Shown: positions 46,221 through 55,581, counted from the first letter of the stretch. The stretch: 64,000 nt of DNA from Candidatus Micrarchaeota archaeon (GCA_040753215.1 JBFMEZ010000025.1:32001-96000), one strand, 5' to 3'. Notes: generated by a model not told the origin, from the letters alone. Translations and numbers: made by a program.

Positions 46221-47438
46221 CTATCCAGTTATAACGTAATCCTGCTTCAAAAGGACCTTCTGCCCAGGGCGGAGGTTCCTCGTAACCGTAACCCCGCTCC
46301 CAACCCAGCAATCATTTCCAATAAGCTTTCCAGGCATCGTGCAACTAAGAACCCCGAACTTCACATTATCCCCAATCAGCGCCCCAAGCTTCTTCCTCCC
46401 GGAATTCACCCACCCCTTCTCCACAAGCACGACCACATTGCTAGCGTCAAACCTGTAATTTGCAACCTGTGTCCCCGAACCGAAATTAACCCCCTGCCCG
46501 ACCACGCTATCCCCAATATACGATAAATGCTTCGCCTTCACATCATCAAATAGAATACTGTTCTTCACCGTAGTGGATTCACCAATCTCGCAGTTCTTCC
46601 CAATTGAATTGAACCCTCTCAAAAGTGCATGAGGCCCAATCCTGGTTCCGGCCCCGATATACGAAGCCCCCTCCACAAAGCTATCCACGACCTCCGCCCC
46701 CTCCTCCATTATCAGCTTCCCCTTCACAGTGGAATTCTCGACAGTCCCTGCGTTTGCCTCCATCTTATCCAAAAGATACTGATTCAAATCGAAAAGGTGC
46801 CACGGATACCCCACGTCCATCCAGAACTCCTCCGTCTCCACCACGTGCGCGCCCTTCAGCACATCCGTAATCTCATACTCCCCCCGCGGTGAGGGCGCGA
46901 GTGCCCTGATCTCATCAAAAATCTTCTTATTGAACGCATAAACAGAGATGTTCGCAAGGTTTCCCTTCGGGTGCTCCGGCTTCTCCTCCATGCCCACGAG
47001 CACCCCATCCTTCACTTCCGCAATCCCGTACCTCTGCGGCTCATCCACTTTTTTGAGCGCAACCGTCTTCTTCCCGTCATATTTCTCAATCACGTCCCTG
47101 TAAATCTCCGGGCTGCACACATTGTCCGCAGCCACCACCAGAAACTCCTCCACCGCCTTCTCCCTCGCATCATAAATCGCGGCAGCAGTCCCGTGCCTTT
47201 CCCCCTGCACCGCAAACTCAATCGCCATCCCCAAATTTTCTTCCTTCAAGTAATCGATAATCTGCTCCTTCCTGTACTTCACCACCACTACCGCTTCCTT
47301 CACCCCCGCATTCTTCAGATTGGACAGCACATTCCACACAAGCGGCTTCCCGGCCACCTGCAGCATCGCCTTTGGCCGCGTATAGGTAAGGGGGCGCATC
47401 CGTTCGCCTTCCCCGCCCGCCAAAACGATTGCTTTCAA
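46221..47438 (-). CDS. glmU: Bifunctional sugar-1-phosphate nucleotidylyltransferase/acetyltransferase (archaeal GlmU-like)
   Basis: LAGGEGERMRPLT, SPRGEYEITD, hexapeptide repeats and HLSYIGDS; adjacent to glmM. Confidence 0.88.
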   Translation of the reverse strand: MKAIVLAGGEGERMRPLTYTRPKAMLQVAGKPLVWNVLSNLKNAGVKEAVVVVKYRKEQIIDYLKEENLGMAIEFAVQGERHGTAAAIYDAREKAVEEFLVVAADNVCSPEIYRDVIEKYDGKKTVALKKVDEPQRYGIAEVKDGVLVGMEEKPEHPKGNLANISVYAFNKKIFDEIRALAPSPRGEYEITDVLKGAHVVETEEFWMDVGYPWHLFDLNQYLLDKMEANAGTVENSTVKGKLIMEEGAEVVDSFVEGASYIGAGTRIGPHALLRGFNSIGKNCEIGESTTVKNSILFDDVKAKHLSYIGDSVVGQGVNFGSGTQVANYRFDASNVVVLVEKGWVNSGRKKLGALIGDNVKFGVLSCTMPGKLIGNDCWVGSGVTVTRNLRPGQKVLLKQDYVITG

Positions 47439-47503
47439 GTTTCCACCCGATTTACTCTCTGCGCAAGAGAATAAGAAATTAACTAACGCCTACACACTAA
47501 CGC

Positions 47504-48817
47504 CTAAACAGCCTTCCTTATTATTTCCCTCGCCTTCCCCGCAACCTTGTCCAGCAATTCCTTATTCTTCGCTTCGGCCGTCAGTCTGATTATGCTTTCA
47601 GTTCCGGAAGGCCTAACAAGAACCCAATACCCTTCTCCATCTATCCGTATCCCGTCCCCGGTTTCCAGTTTCCAGTTGCCGGTTTCCCGTTTCCAGCCTG
47701 ATTCAAGCTCCGGCATTATCCTTTCCATCGCCTTTTTCCTGTCCGCAGTCTTATACTTCTCCCTGACCATTGGATTGGGTTTAAACCGGGCCGCAAGCGC
47801 ACTGAATTTCCCTTTCTCACAGAACATCTCCACAAACTTCGCGGCAGCCATTACCCCATCAGGCACAAGCACTCCCCCCCTAAAGATGTACTCCCCAGCC
47901 GGCTCACCGCCAAAGACCCCCTCGCTCTTCACCATCTCCTCGCTCACATGCACGCTCCCCACAGAAGTCAAAACAAACTCCACCCCATTCTTCTCAACCG
48001 TCTCCTTCACAATGAGCGAGCTCTCCACCGTGCTCACCACCTTCCCCTTCTTCTTTGCCAGCTCTTCCTCAATCATAAGCGCAAGTTGCACATCCGCATT
48101 CAAAAGCTCCCCTCTCTCATCCACAACTGCGCACCTGTCCGCATCCCCATCATGCGCAATGCCCAAATCCGCCCCGCATGCCCGTACCGCAGCAGAAAGC
48201 CAGGGCAGATTCTCCTTATTCGGCTCAGAAGGCCGGTTGAACCCCCTGGTTTCGCAGTTCAAGGATACAACCCTGCACCCCAGCTCCCTAAGAAGATAGG
48301 GCGTAACCACCGCCCCTGCCCCATTGCAGTCCACAACAACCTTCGGCTTCTTCTTCGCAATCAGTTTCGCATCCACATTCCTCTTCACAAGTTCAACATA
48401 TTCAGGAATTACATCCTCAACCCTCCTTCCCCCTGGAAAAGCCCCGTATTCCATCCCCTTTTCATATCTTTCCAGAACCCGCTTCTCTTCGTTTCTGCTT
48501 ATCTCCCGCCCTTTTCTCATGAATTTCAAGCCATTATACTCGGCCGGATTATGGGAAGCCGTAACCATCATCCCCCCGCACCCGAATTTCATGCTCGCAA
48601 AAGCCACTAAAGGAGTAGGCACAATCCCCAGCCCGATCCCATCATGCCCCGAACCCAAAACCCCACTCATGGCCGCAAAAGCCAGCGGAACCCCGCTCTC
48701 CCGCGTATCCCTTCCTATGCAGACATCTGATTCGGCAAATGCATTTGCCATCCTTAACGCTAACTCAGGCGTAATCTCCTTTCCATAGATTCCCCTTATC
48801 CCCGAAGTCCCAAACAT
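47504..48817 (-). CDS. glmM: Phosphoglucosamine mutase / phosphohexomutase
   Basis: FGTSGIRG, TASHNP, DGDADR and VRPSGTE motifs. Confidence 0.9.
   Translation of the reverse strand: MFGTSGIRGIYGKEITPELALRMANAFAESDVCIGRDTRESGVPLAFAAMSGVLGSGHDGIGLGIVPTPLVAFASMKFGCGGMMVTASHNPAEYNGLKFMRKGREISRNEEKRVLERYEKGMEYGAFPGGRRVEDVIPEYVELVKRNVDAKLIAKKKPKVVVDCNGAGAVVTPYLLRELGCRVVSLNCETRGFNRPSEPNKENLPWLSAAVRACGADLGIAHDGDADRCAVVDERGELLNADVQLALMIEEELAKKKGKVVSTVESSLIVKETVEKNGVEFVLTSVGSVHVSEEMVKSEGVFGGEPAGEYIFRGGVLVPDGVMAAAKFVEMFCEKGKFSALAARFKPNPMVREKYKTADRKKAMERIMPELESGWKRETGNWKLETGDGIRIDGEGYWVLVRPSGTESIIRLTAEAKNKELLDKVAGKAREIIRKAV
47660..47694. repeat. Heptamer array inside the glmM coding sequence
   Basis: GGTTTCC AGTTTCC AGTTGCC GGTTTCC CGTTTCC, encoding WKRETGNWKLETG. 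Confidence 0.8.
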
Positions 48818-48914
48818 CGGTTTCCTATTCCCCAAAAGCAAATATAAAGATAAGTTTGTGCATTTTGGTGTTTAAAAGTGTCTTTTAAAACCCTTCGCAA
48901 CCCTATATTATTGA

Positions 48915-50780
48915 ATGGCAGGCCAGAACGGAGATTCAAAAGCCCCACGGCAGGCAGTGGTTCCCCCAGAGCCGGGGCCGCCGGCCAGGAGGCTCGAATC
49001 CCGTGTCCCCACGCTCCCGCCCCAGGCTCCAGCACAGCCCAAGCCCCTGGTCGCAGGAATAGACAGGGCAGCAGGAATAAAGCCCTCTCAATCAACGGTT
49101 CCAGGGAGAACGCGGCCAAGGATTACCCGCATTTCCGAGTATCTCGCCGAGCTTAGGAGGATGGAAATGGCGCAGTCCCCCCCGCCCGCCGCGAGATTTG
49201 ACAGGGACACGTACGAATTCATGCAGGGGTTGCGCGGAAAGGTTCAGGAGAGAAGGGAGCCGATGGACTGGTCCGGCATAGGCTGCGTAAAAGAAGCGCC
49301 TGCCCCGCATTCGCTCGTGGATACGCTCACAAACGGTTTCCCGGCAGCCGCGGAAGTGCCGGCCGGGGCTCCGCCAGGCACCGACGGGCTGCTTTCAAAG
49401 GAGCTGTGGGTTGAAGCCGGCCTCCCGCGCCTGCGCAAGAAGAAGCCGGCATCCATTGATGAGCCCCCTGACATCAAGAAGCGCCTTGACCAGTGGTGCC
49501 TTTCGCTTGACCATCCCGCAAAGGAGGTCCTGCTCAATTCCCTCATAGAGGACGCGGTCTCCGAATTCTCGGCCCTGAAGCGCGCGTCAAAGGGCCTGGT
49601 GACCGTCTGCTCCGGAGGAAGGCCCGACTACCTTCTCGAAGCCGAGGTCGGCGCACCGGTCGGCAACATCTCAGCCCAGTTCCTCAGGAAAATGAACACA
49701 ATGAGAAAGCATGGCATTCTCCCGGAAGCGGACGCAAAGGCGCTGGTTGAGCAGCTCGTCCGCTTCGTCTTCCACAATCCCGGCCCGGTGGAGGGCCCCG
49801 GCATAACAGAGGCCGGCATGAGGAACGGCTTCTTCCGCGCTGTCACATGGTGCATATGCACGTGCACGAACCCCTCCCTGTTCCAGGAATTCTTCTCGAA
49901 GAACAACATACTGCTCATAGATGCGGTCGGGATAGCGGCAGGCCTCAATTCAGACGAGGCCAGGGCAGTTATGGGCGATGCGGGCGTTCGCTCCGCGCTT
50001 TACAGGCTCCTGAAAAAGAGGTGGGTGGCCACAGGTTTCGAGCACCTCAAGGAGACGCTAAGGGCGGACAGCGCCAGGGGGTTGCTCGACCCAAGGGCTG
50101 CGTTCCACTTCACCACGGTCCTTTTCAGGGAGGCCGGCGAATACCAGCGCATCGTACAGTCCTACTCCATACTCGCAAGGAACATGAGCAACCTTAAGGT
50201 AGTATCCCCCTCGCGCGGCATTCTTTACCTAAGCGAGAGGGAGTTCATCGCCTGCCTCAGGTCTAGGGGAAACCTGCAGCCCAGGCTCAGGGCCGGGATA
50301 GACAGGATGCACGAGTTCATAGCCGGGCTTTTCGCAGGCAGGGCAAAGGGTTCTGGCCAGGAGGAACACCAGTATGCGGTGGGCAGGAGCCCGGCGGAGA
50401 TATCCGGGATATTCAACACGGTCCTTGAGGGGCTGGATTTTTTCATCGGAGACCCCAAGATGCGCAGGATGGCCCTGGAGGCGATACAGCACTATGGGAT
50501 AGGGGGCGGGGAGGGCCAGCCGGCTTCCTTCAAGAAGATATTCGCGCTCTGCCTCTTCACGCGCTACAGGGACGTGCAGGATTACGGCAGGCTCTTCAGG
50601 CTGCTCTTCGACTATTCTGACCCAATAGTCTCGGACCTGGCCCTGGACCATGCCGCGTGGCTTCTGGCGCAGGAGGCAAACTTCATCCTGCTGCGCGAGG
50701 AAAAGCCGCGGGAGTCCGCCGCCACCCTAAGCCCGGAGGACCTCGCGCAGATACTCGCGGAAGGGGATTCCCCGTTCTGA
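48915..50780 (+). CDS. Hypothetical protein (621 aa) with Pro-rich N-terminus
   Basis: Long ORF with an AT-rich promoter-like upstream region; no recognised motif. Confidence 0.7.
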   Translation: MAGQNGDSKAPRQAVVPPEPGPPARRLESRVPTLPPQAPAQPKPLVAGIDRAAGIKPSQSTVPGRTRPRITRISEYLAELRRMEMAQSPPPAARFDRDTYEFMQGLRGKVQERREPMDWSGIGCVKEAPAPHSLVDTLTNGFPAAAEVPAGAPPGTDGLLSKELWVEAGLPRLRKKKPASIDEPPDIKKRLDQWCLSLDHPAKEVLLNSLIEDAVSEFSALKRASKGLVTVCSGGRPDYLLEAEVGAPVGNISAQFLRKMNTMRKHGILPEADAKALVEQLVRFVFHNPGPVEGPGITEAGMRNGFFRAVTWCICTCTNPSLFQEFFSKNNILLIDAVGIAAGLNSDEARAVMGDAGVRSALYRLLKKRWVATGFEHLKETLRADSARGLLDPRAAFHFTTVLFREAGEYQRIVQSYSILARNMSNLKVVSPSRGILYLSEREFIACLRSRGNLQPRLRAGIDRMHEFIAGLFAGRAKGSGQEEHQYAVGRSPAEISGIFNTVLEGLDFFIGDPKMRRMALEAIQHYGIGGGEGQPASFKKIFALCLFTRYRDVQDYGRLFRLLFDYSDPIVSDLALDHAAWLLAQEANFILLREEKPRESAATLSPEDLAQILAEGDSPF

Positions 50781-50794
50781 GTTTCCAGTTTCCG

Positions 50795-50887
50795 TGTCTC
50801 TGCGGAGACAACTCCATGTTGCTTCGGCAACAACTGGCGAAGTTCTGCGGAACTTCACCATGGCAGAAACCCGCGGGTTTCCGCCAT
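50795..50887 (+). repeat. Four-hairpin UNCG-loop element, copy 2, flanked by heptamer units
   Basis: TGTCTC-TGCG-GAGACA ACTCCA TGTTGC-TTCG-GCAACA ACT GGCGAAGTTC-TGCG-GAACTTCACC ATGGCAGAAACC-CGCG-GGTTTCCGCCAT. Confidence 0.85.
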
Positions 50888-50898
50888 CGGGTTTCCAG

Positions 50899-51885
50899 TC
50901 ATCTTTCTACGGTCGCGTTGTACCTCATCCCGTTCCAGACTATCTTCACGTCCTCCCCTAGATAGTTCTCAATCACCGTTATGTTCCTCACGGTACCCAG
51001 GACCGCTGCGTTCTTCAGCGACTGCCTTGAATTTGTCCAGTCGGTTGCGCTCCCGCTTATCACAATCAGCTCCGGCTTCGTCTGGTCCATCATCCAGTTT
51101 ATCTCAGTCAGCCCCGCGCCCATGCCGTGGTTCGGCCACTGCACTATCTGGCACGGCCCGCTGAGCTGCGCGACCCTCTGCTGCGAGCCCAGTATGTCGC
51201 CCGTGAGCAGCACGCACAGCCCGCGGTCTTCAACCTTAAGGACAATCCCGTCATTATTCACGTCAAAGAACCTGTCCTCCCCCTTTATCGGGTTGAGCAC
51301 GGTTATGTTTATCCCGTTCAGCACCGCACGGTCCCCTTCGCCAACAATCTTCAGGCTCTCTTCCCCAAGGTTCGCCAGGTAGGCGGCGTATTCCTGGCCC
51401 CCCTCCTCCGGCCTCCACACCTCCCCGAACCTGAACCTGTTGGACACGTACTCCAGCCCCCCATAGTGCTCAGGGTCATCGTGGGTTGAAACCACAAGCT
51501 CAAAATCGTCCACGCCCTTCTCCAGCAGCATGTTCACGAGTTTCTGCTGGCTTACAGAAGGCCCCCCGTCCACGAGTATGTCCGTGTCCCCTTTCTTTAT
51601 GAGGACCGCATCCCCCTGCGTGTCCCCGGAGCCCACGTTGAAGAAATACACGTACAAATCCGTATTCGGCGTGCTCACGTACTCCGTGGCGCTCGCCTGC
51701 GGCGGGGTTGCGTTGCCCTGCGTGACCACAGTCCCCTCGCCCTCCCTTATCACAAGATAGCCGCCGGAAGCGTTTCCGGTTTCCGGTGTCCTGTTTCCGG
51801 TTTCCTGTTCTCCGGCAGGCGGCTGTCCGCCGCCGATGCAGCCCAAAACAAGCAAAAGAACCAGCCCGAATGCGATCCACTTCAT
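50899..51885 (-). CDS. Metallo-beta-lactamase-fold (ComEC/Rec2-like) lipoprotein
   Basis: LGC lipobox; QGDAVLI, LVDGG, STHDDPEHYGGL, NNDGIVL and LLTGD motifs. Confidence 0.85.
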   Translation of the reverse strand: MKWIAFGLVLLLVLGCIGGGQPPAGEQETGNRTPETGNASGGYLVIREGEGTVVTQGNATPPQASATEYVSTPNTDLYVYFFNVGSGDTQGDAVLIKKGDTDILVDGGPSVSQQKLVNMLLEKGVDDFELVVSTHDDPEHYGGLEYVSNRFRFGEVWRPEEGGQEYAAYLANLGEESLKIVGEGDRAVLNGINITVLNPIKGEDRFFDVNNDGIVLKVEDRGLCVLLTGDILGSQQRVAQLSGPCQIVQWPNHGMGAGLTEINWMMDQTKPELIVISGSATDWTNSRQSLKNAAVLGTVRNITVIENYLGEDVKIVWNGMRYNATVER

Positions 51886-52003
51886 ATTCTACACCAACAA
51901 CCTCTTGGGTAATTCTTTTTATAAACATGCGCCGAATCCGTCCGGAATAATGCGGCAGAGAATAACACAACGGGCTTAAAACTCCCGCATCACCAGACTC
52001 CAC

Positions 52004-52300
52004 ATGGTTTCCAGACTTAGTTTCAGGTCAGAGGCAGAGCTAGGCAGGTATGTGGAACAGTAGCAGGGCAAGCTGGTCCCTGGTCGAAACGGCTTCAGGA
52101 AGATACTCGACCCCGAGGGCATGATAAGGGCCAACGTAATACAGAATACGGACGGCTCCATCAGCGGGACCCAGTTTGCGACCCCGTTCCACACCCGGCG
52201 GGCATACGAAGAGAGAAAGGGCCATATCGGCCAGCCGGTGGAAAGGAGGGCTGGAGGGCTGCGCAGCGGATTCTGGCCGCAGGAGTGCATGCTGGATTAG
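52004..52300 (+). pseudogene. Small ORF interrupted by one in-frame TAG (52061-52063)
   Basis: MVSRLSFRSEAELGRYVEQ*QGKLVPGRNGFRKILDPEGMIRANVIQNTDGSISG...; TATA-like CTTAAAA upstream; fills an otherwise empty 300-bp gap. Confidence 0.45.
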
Positions 52301-52330
52301 AAGTTTCCGGTTTCCAGTTTTTTCTTATTC

Positions 52331-52876
52331 CTACTTTATTAACTTCCCCCGCGCGTCCTCTAACTGTACCCTGCCGACGTCTTGCTTCCTCCGCAATTCC
52401 GGCATCAGCGCACCGGAGAAATGCAAAGGTTCAACTTCCATGAATATCTTTTCCATAAACCCGAAAATCCGCTCCGCCTCCTTCCTTTCCCCCTTCCTCA
52501 GGTGGTCGAACATCCTCCTTTTCAGCTCGCCCATGCAATCCAGCAATCCATCCAGATAGGACTCATCTCCCACCCCGACCTCCTTCTGCGAAAGCACTTT
52601 TCCGTCCCTCGCAATCCCGAGGTAAACCATTCCCTCGGTGTATTCCGCCTTAGGGTGCTCCAGCCGCCACTCCAATCCCGTGGCATTCTTCTCCATTTCC
52701 CCGAGCACCTTCTTCGCCTCCCCGAGCAATTTCTCCGCCTCTTCAAAATTCCCCAGGTGCGTTTCCTTTATGGATTTTGAGCAGAGCCGCACGGCCTCCC
52801 TCTCCTTCACGATGAGCGAATCCAGCCGTTTCTCCTTCTCAAGCATCCTCTTCTCAATCTCAGAAACAAGTTCCAT
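52331..52876 (-). CDS. Translin/TRAX (C3PO) family protein
   Basis: EYTEG, YLDGLLDCMGELKR and LRRKQDVGR motifs. Confidence 0.85.
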   Translation of the reverse strand: MELVSEIEKRMLEKEKRLDSLIVKEREAVRLCSKSIKETHLGNFEEAEKLLGEAKKVLGEMEKNATGLEWRLEHPKAEYTEGMVYLGIARDGKVLSQKEVGVGDESYLDGLLDCMGELKRRMFDHLRKGERKEAERIFGFMEKIFMEVEPLHFSGALMPELRRKQDVGRVQLEDARGKLIK

Positions 52877-52962
52877 GCCTTATTCTCTCACTCCTGCTTA
52901 AAAAACTCTTTCCAAAACCCGCAGTCCCCGGTTTTAAAACATTTCCTATCATAAATAATAAC

Positions 52963-53976
52963 ATGGCTGAAACCACCTACCAGCCGCAGACACAGCAAAG
53001 AATCCTGCAGGTGCCCGCCGCTGAGCAAAAAGACGCATTGTTCCGCAAGCATCCGTTCCTCAAGCACTTCGGCACCAGGCAGCGCAACAAGGCCGGGGAG
53101 TGGCTGATGGTGCTGGCAGAACGTGAAAAGCTTGTTTCGTCGTTTGTCCAGTGCATTGTGGATGAACTTGCAAGAAAGGATGCACGCGAGAAGATGTGCT
53201 CTCTGGTGGCGGGTCCTTCTCCCGAAGCAATGGATAAGTTCATAGAAGCCGCGAAGGCAAAGGCCGAAGACTATGGCATCGAAACAGATGGCTTGAGACA
53301 CGAATCTGTGCTAGAGAAAATAAGGCGGAGCCCCTTAGATGCGGTCGAGATAACAGTATTGGCAGATGTGCTTCGTGCCAACGGAATCTTCTTTGGCCGT
53401 TATGGCCACAATATAGTTGACGCCTTTATCGCGGACATAATCAAATATGCATCGTTCCCCTTCATGACTAAGCCGGCGGCGTATGTTCTTTGTAAAGATA
53501 CCATGTTGTTTTTTGGGAGGGTTGTCGAGCCAGGGTCCCCCCTCTTCTTTTTTATGCCATCCGCATGGGCTGACGGGCACCAGTTTGTAATACCCCACTC
53601 ACGGTGGTATAGATCCGAAGCGCTTTGCCCCGAAGCCATACAGCACGAAGCACAACACATGTTCGATGCTAATGCAGGGATTATTTTCGAGAATATTGAA
53701 TACACACCATACCTTGCTGGATTTGCATTTGCACCGGAAGTACGCGTCTATCCTCAGTTGCCAGACCCAGGGCCTCATTCTTCAGCCCGTTTGCGCATCC
53801 ACAACGAACTCATGGCGCTATTCGATTTCGGCGATGCCATCAGGCTAATTTCTTTGTCTCCAGAGCAGGTTAATGCAGCCGCGCTCGCGCTGTTGAATGC
53901 CGAATACAAGAGGAAGATTGGCTTCACCTACGATGAGCTGGTCGCACCGTTCAAAGAATTGCAACCCGTCATCTAG
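52963..53976 (+). CDS. Hypothetical protein with HExxH motif
   Basis: AIQHEAQH followed by a downstream E (NIEY); visibly lower GC than neighbours. Confidence 0.65.
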   Translation: MAETTYQPQTQQRILQVPAAEQKDALFRKHPFLKHFGTRQRNKAGEWLMVLAEREKLVSSFVQCIVDELARKDAREKMCSLVAGPSPEAMDKFIEAAKAKAEDYGIETDGLRHESVLEKIRRSPLDAVEITVLADVLRANGIFFGRYGHNIVDAFIADIIKYASFPFMTKPAAYVLCKDTMLFFGRVVEPGSPLFFFMPSAWADGHQFVIPHSRWYRSEALCPEAIQHEAQHMFDANAGIIFENIEYTPYLAGFAFAPEVRVYPQLPDPGPHSSARLRIHNELMALFDFGDAIRLISLSPEQVNAAALALLNAEYKRKIGFTYDELVAPFKELQPVI

Positions 53977-54016
53977 TTTTTAATCCGTTCCCTCCATTAC
54001 TGCACATGGTGCTCTA

Positions 54017-54667
54017 ATGATAGTCCTCAATCTTAAGAATTATTCCGCCTCCTTCACCCGCTGCCTCGCCCTCACGGACGCGGCCGCGAAGGTCTCCCAT
54101 GATTCCGGCATGCGCATAATCGTGTGCCCCCCTCCCACCCACCTAAACTGTTCCGCCTCCATGTACAAGGACGTCTTCGCCCAGCACACGGATGCGTTCG
54201 AGCAGGGCGCGCACACAGGTTTCCTCATTCCGGAGGCGCTCAAATCCATCAACGTAAAGGGCTCATTGGTAAACCATTCCGAGCACAGGATAGGCACGGA
54301 GAATGTAGGAAAAACCGTTTCCCTGCTCAAAACCCACGGATTGGAAACCGTGGTTTGCGGAGAAAATGCGACAGAATGCGCAGAATTAGCCAAGTTCGGC
54401 CCGGATTACATCGCGGTTGAGCCACCCGAACTCATCGGCTCAGGCATTTCAGTTTCCACAGCGAAGCCCGAAGTGATTACTTCTACAGTAGATGCAGTAA
54501 AAGCAGCCAACCCTTCCGTCCGCGTCCTCTGCGGCGCCGGAGTCTCCACAAAGGAGGATGTAAAGAAATCCCTGGAATTGGGCGCAAAGGGAGTCCTGCT
54601 CGCCTCCGCATATGTGAAGGCAAAGGACCCGGTCAAGTTTTTGCAGGAGTTCGCCGGGGCGTTCTGA
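54017..54667 (+). CDS. tpiA: Triosephosphate isomerase (archaeal type)
   Basis: NLKNY, NHSEH, AVEPPELIG, LCGAGV and LLAS motifs. Confidence 0.96.
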   Translation: MIVLNLKNYSASFTRCLALTDAAAKVSHDSGMRIIVCPPPTHLNCSASMYKDVFAQHTDAFEQGAHTGFLIPEALKSINVKGSLVNHSEHRIGTENVGKTVSLLKTHGLETVVCGENATECAELAKFGPDYIAVEPPELIGSGISVSTAKPEVITSTVDAVKAANPSVRVLCGAGVSTKEDVKKSLELGAKGVLLASAYVKAKDPVKFLQEFAGAF

Positions 54668-54783
54668 AAAAATGTGCCAGTCCGTGTCCGTTTAAATATT
54701 TCAGTACATAATACAACCATGAACTCAAGACGTTTGCAATTTGTTCAGTTGGGACTGCCCATTCGTACCCGGAAGCAAGGAGA

Positions 54784-55386
54784 ATGGCTGCAAGCCGGGA
54801 CATGGAACTCCCCGCTTACAAGTTGCTTGACAGATATTTCCTGAACCATGCTGGTTCCGGAATGGCCAAAGAACTCCTTGCCCACCCGGAAAAGGACGGC
54901 GTTTTCCAGAGAGGAAGGGACATCAGGGATTCCTTATCAGACCTCTCAATCCCGGCGTCTGAAGTGCCTCCGCAGGCATTCGGAAGGAAAGGAATCGGGA
55001 TGCTGGTGGTGCCGAGGGATGGGGAAGAGGGACTGGAGGCAAGCAAAGGGCGGACATACGTCCATCCGCAGCCCATAGCAATTTTCAATGGAATGGTACA
55101 GACCTCCGGTAGATGGGTGTACGGATGCATGCCGCATGGCAACTTGGGGTTTCCAGTCGCAATGTCAATCTACGATACGTGTGCAGAAGATACGAAGAGG
55201 TCGCTTTTACGGACTGCGGGCGAGGGCATTAGGCCTGTCAAGTGCGGGTGCGTCATCGTAAAGGGCGCATGGTACAACAAATTCGTCTACCTGGGCGGCA
55301 GTCCGTCGTATGGTCTTAGAGTGGTTGGAGTGCTTCCCTCCAGCGAAAGCGCCCCGCAGCACTATTATGGACTAGGCGGCAGGTAG
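54784..55386 (+). CDS. Hypothetical protein, distant paralog of the 56299 gene, possibly 5'-frameshifted
   Basis: C-terminus RPVKCG...VYLGGSPSYGLRVVGV parallels the 56299 gene. The promoter-proximal ATG at 54719 is out of frame. Confidence 0.6.
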   Translation: MAASRDMELPAYKLLDRYFLNHAGSGMAKELLAHPEKDGVFQRGRDIRDSLSDLSIPASEVPPQAFGRKGIGMLVVPRDGEEGLEASKGRTYVHPQPIAIFNGMVQTSGRWVYGCMPHGNLGFPVAMSIYDTCAEDTKRSLLRTAGEGIRPVKCGCVIVKGAWYNKFVYLGGSPSYGLRVVGVLPSSESAPQHYYGLGGR

Positions 55387-55442
55387 CGTTTTAGGGGAAT
55401 GCCTTAGGCCAATTATGGAACTTATCTGGGCAGCCCAAAACT

Positions 55443-55489
55443 TTAGCCGTAGAATATCTGCCTTAGTGAAAGGTCCTTGGGCAAACTGA
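55443..55489 (-). pseudogene. Diverged copy of the thrS 3' end
   Basis: SLPKDLSLRQIFYG* versus ThrRS SMPKELSLRPIFYG*; 36/47 nt identical to 58803-58849. Confidence 0.8.
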
Positions 55490-55581
55490 CATGCACCCAC
55501 TTCTTTCTTTCAACCCATCGTCTTTCCATATCTGTTAATAAACATATCGCACGTAATATACATATCAAACAGGTGAAAGAA

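Noticed and set aside
47483..47506. Short direct repeat ACTAACGCCTA x2 after glmM
   Set aside because: Only 11 bp and two copies; no further support for a function.
46221..52063. Genome-wide amber (TAG) recoding
   Set aside because: Several well-defined genes end at TAG at their expected C-termini (for example purQ, pepA, nre, translin), so two odd TAGs do not support recoding.
51900..52320. RNase P or SRP RNA in the unannotated gap
   Set aside because: No GAGGAAAGTCC/P4 or SRP helix 8 motif seen; an interrupted ORF explains the gap better.
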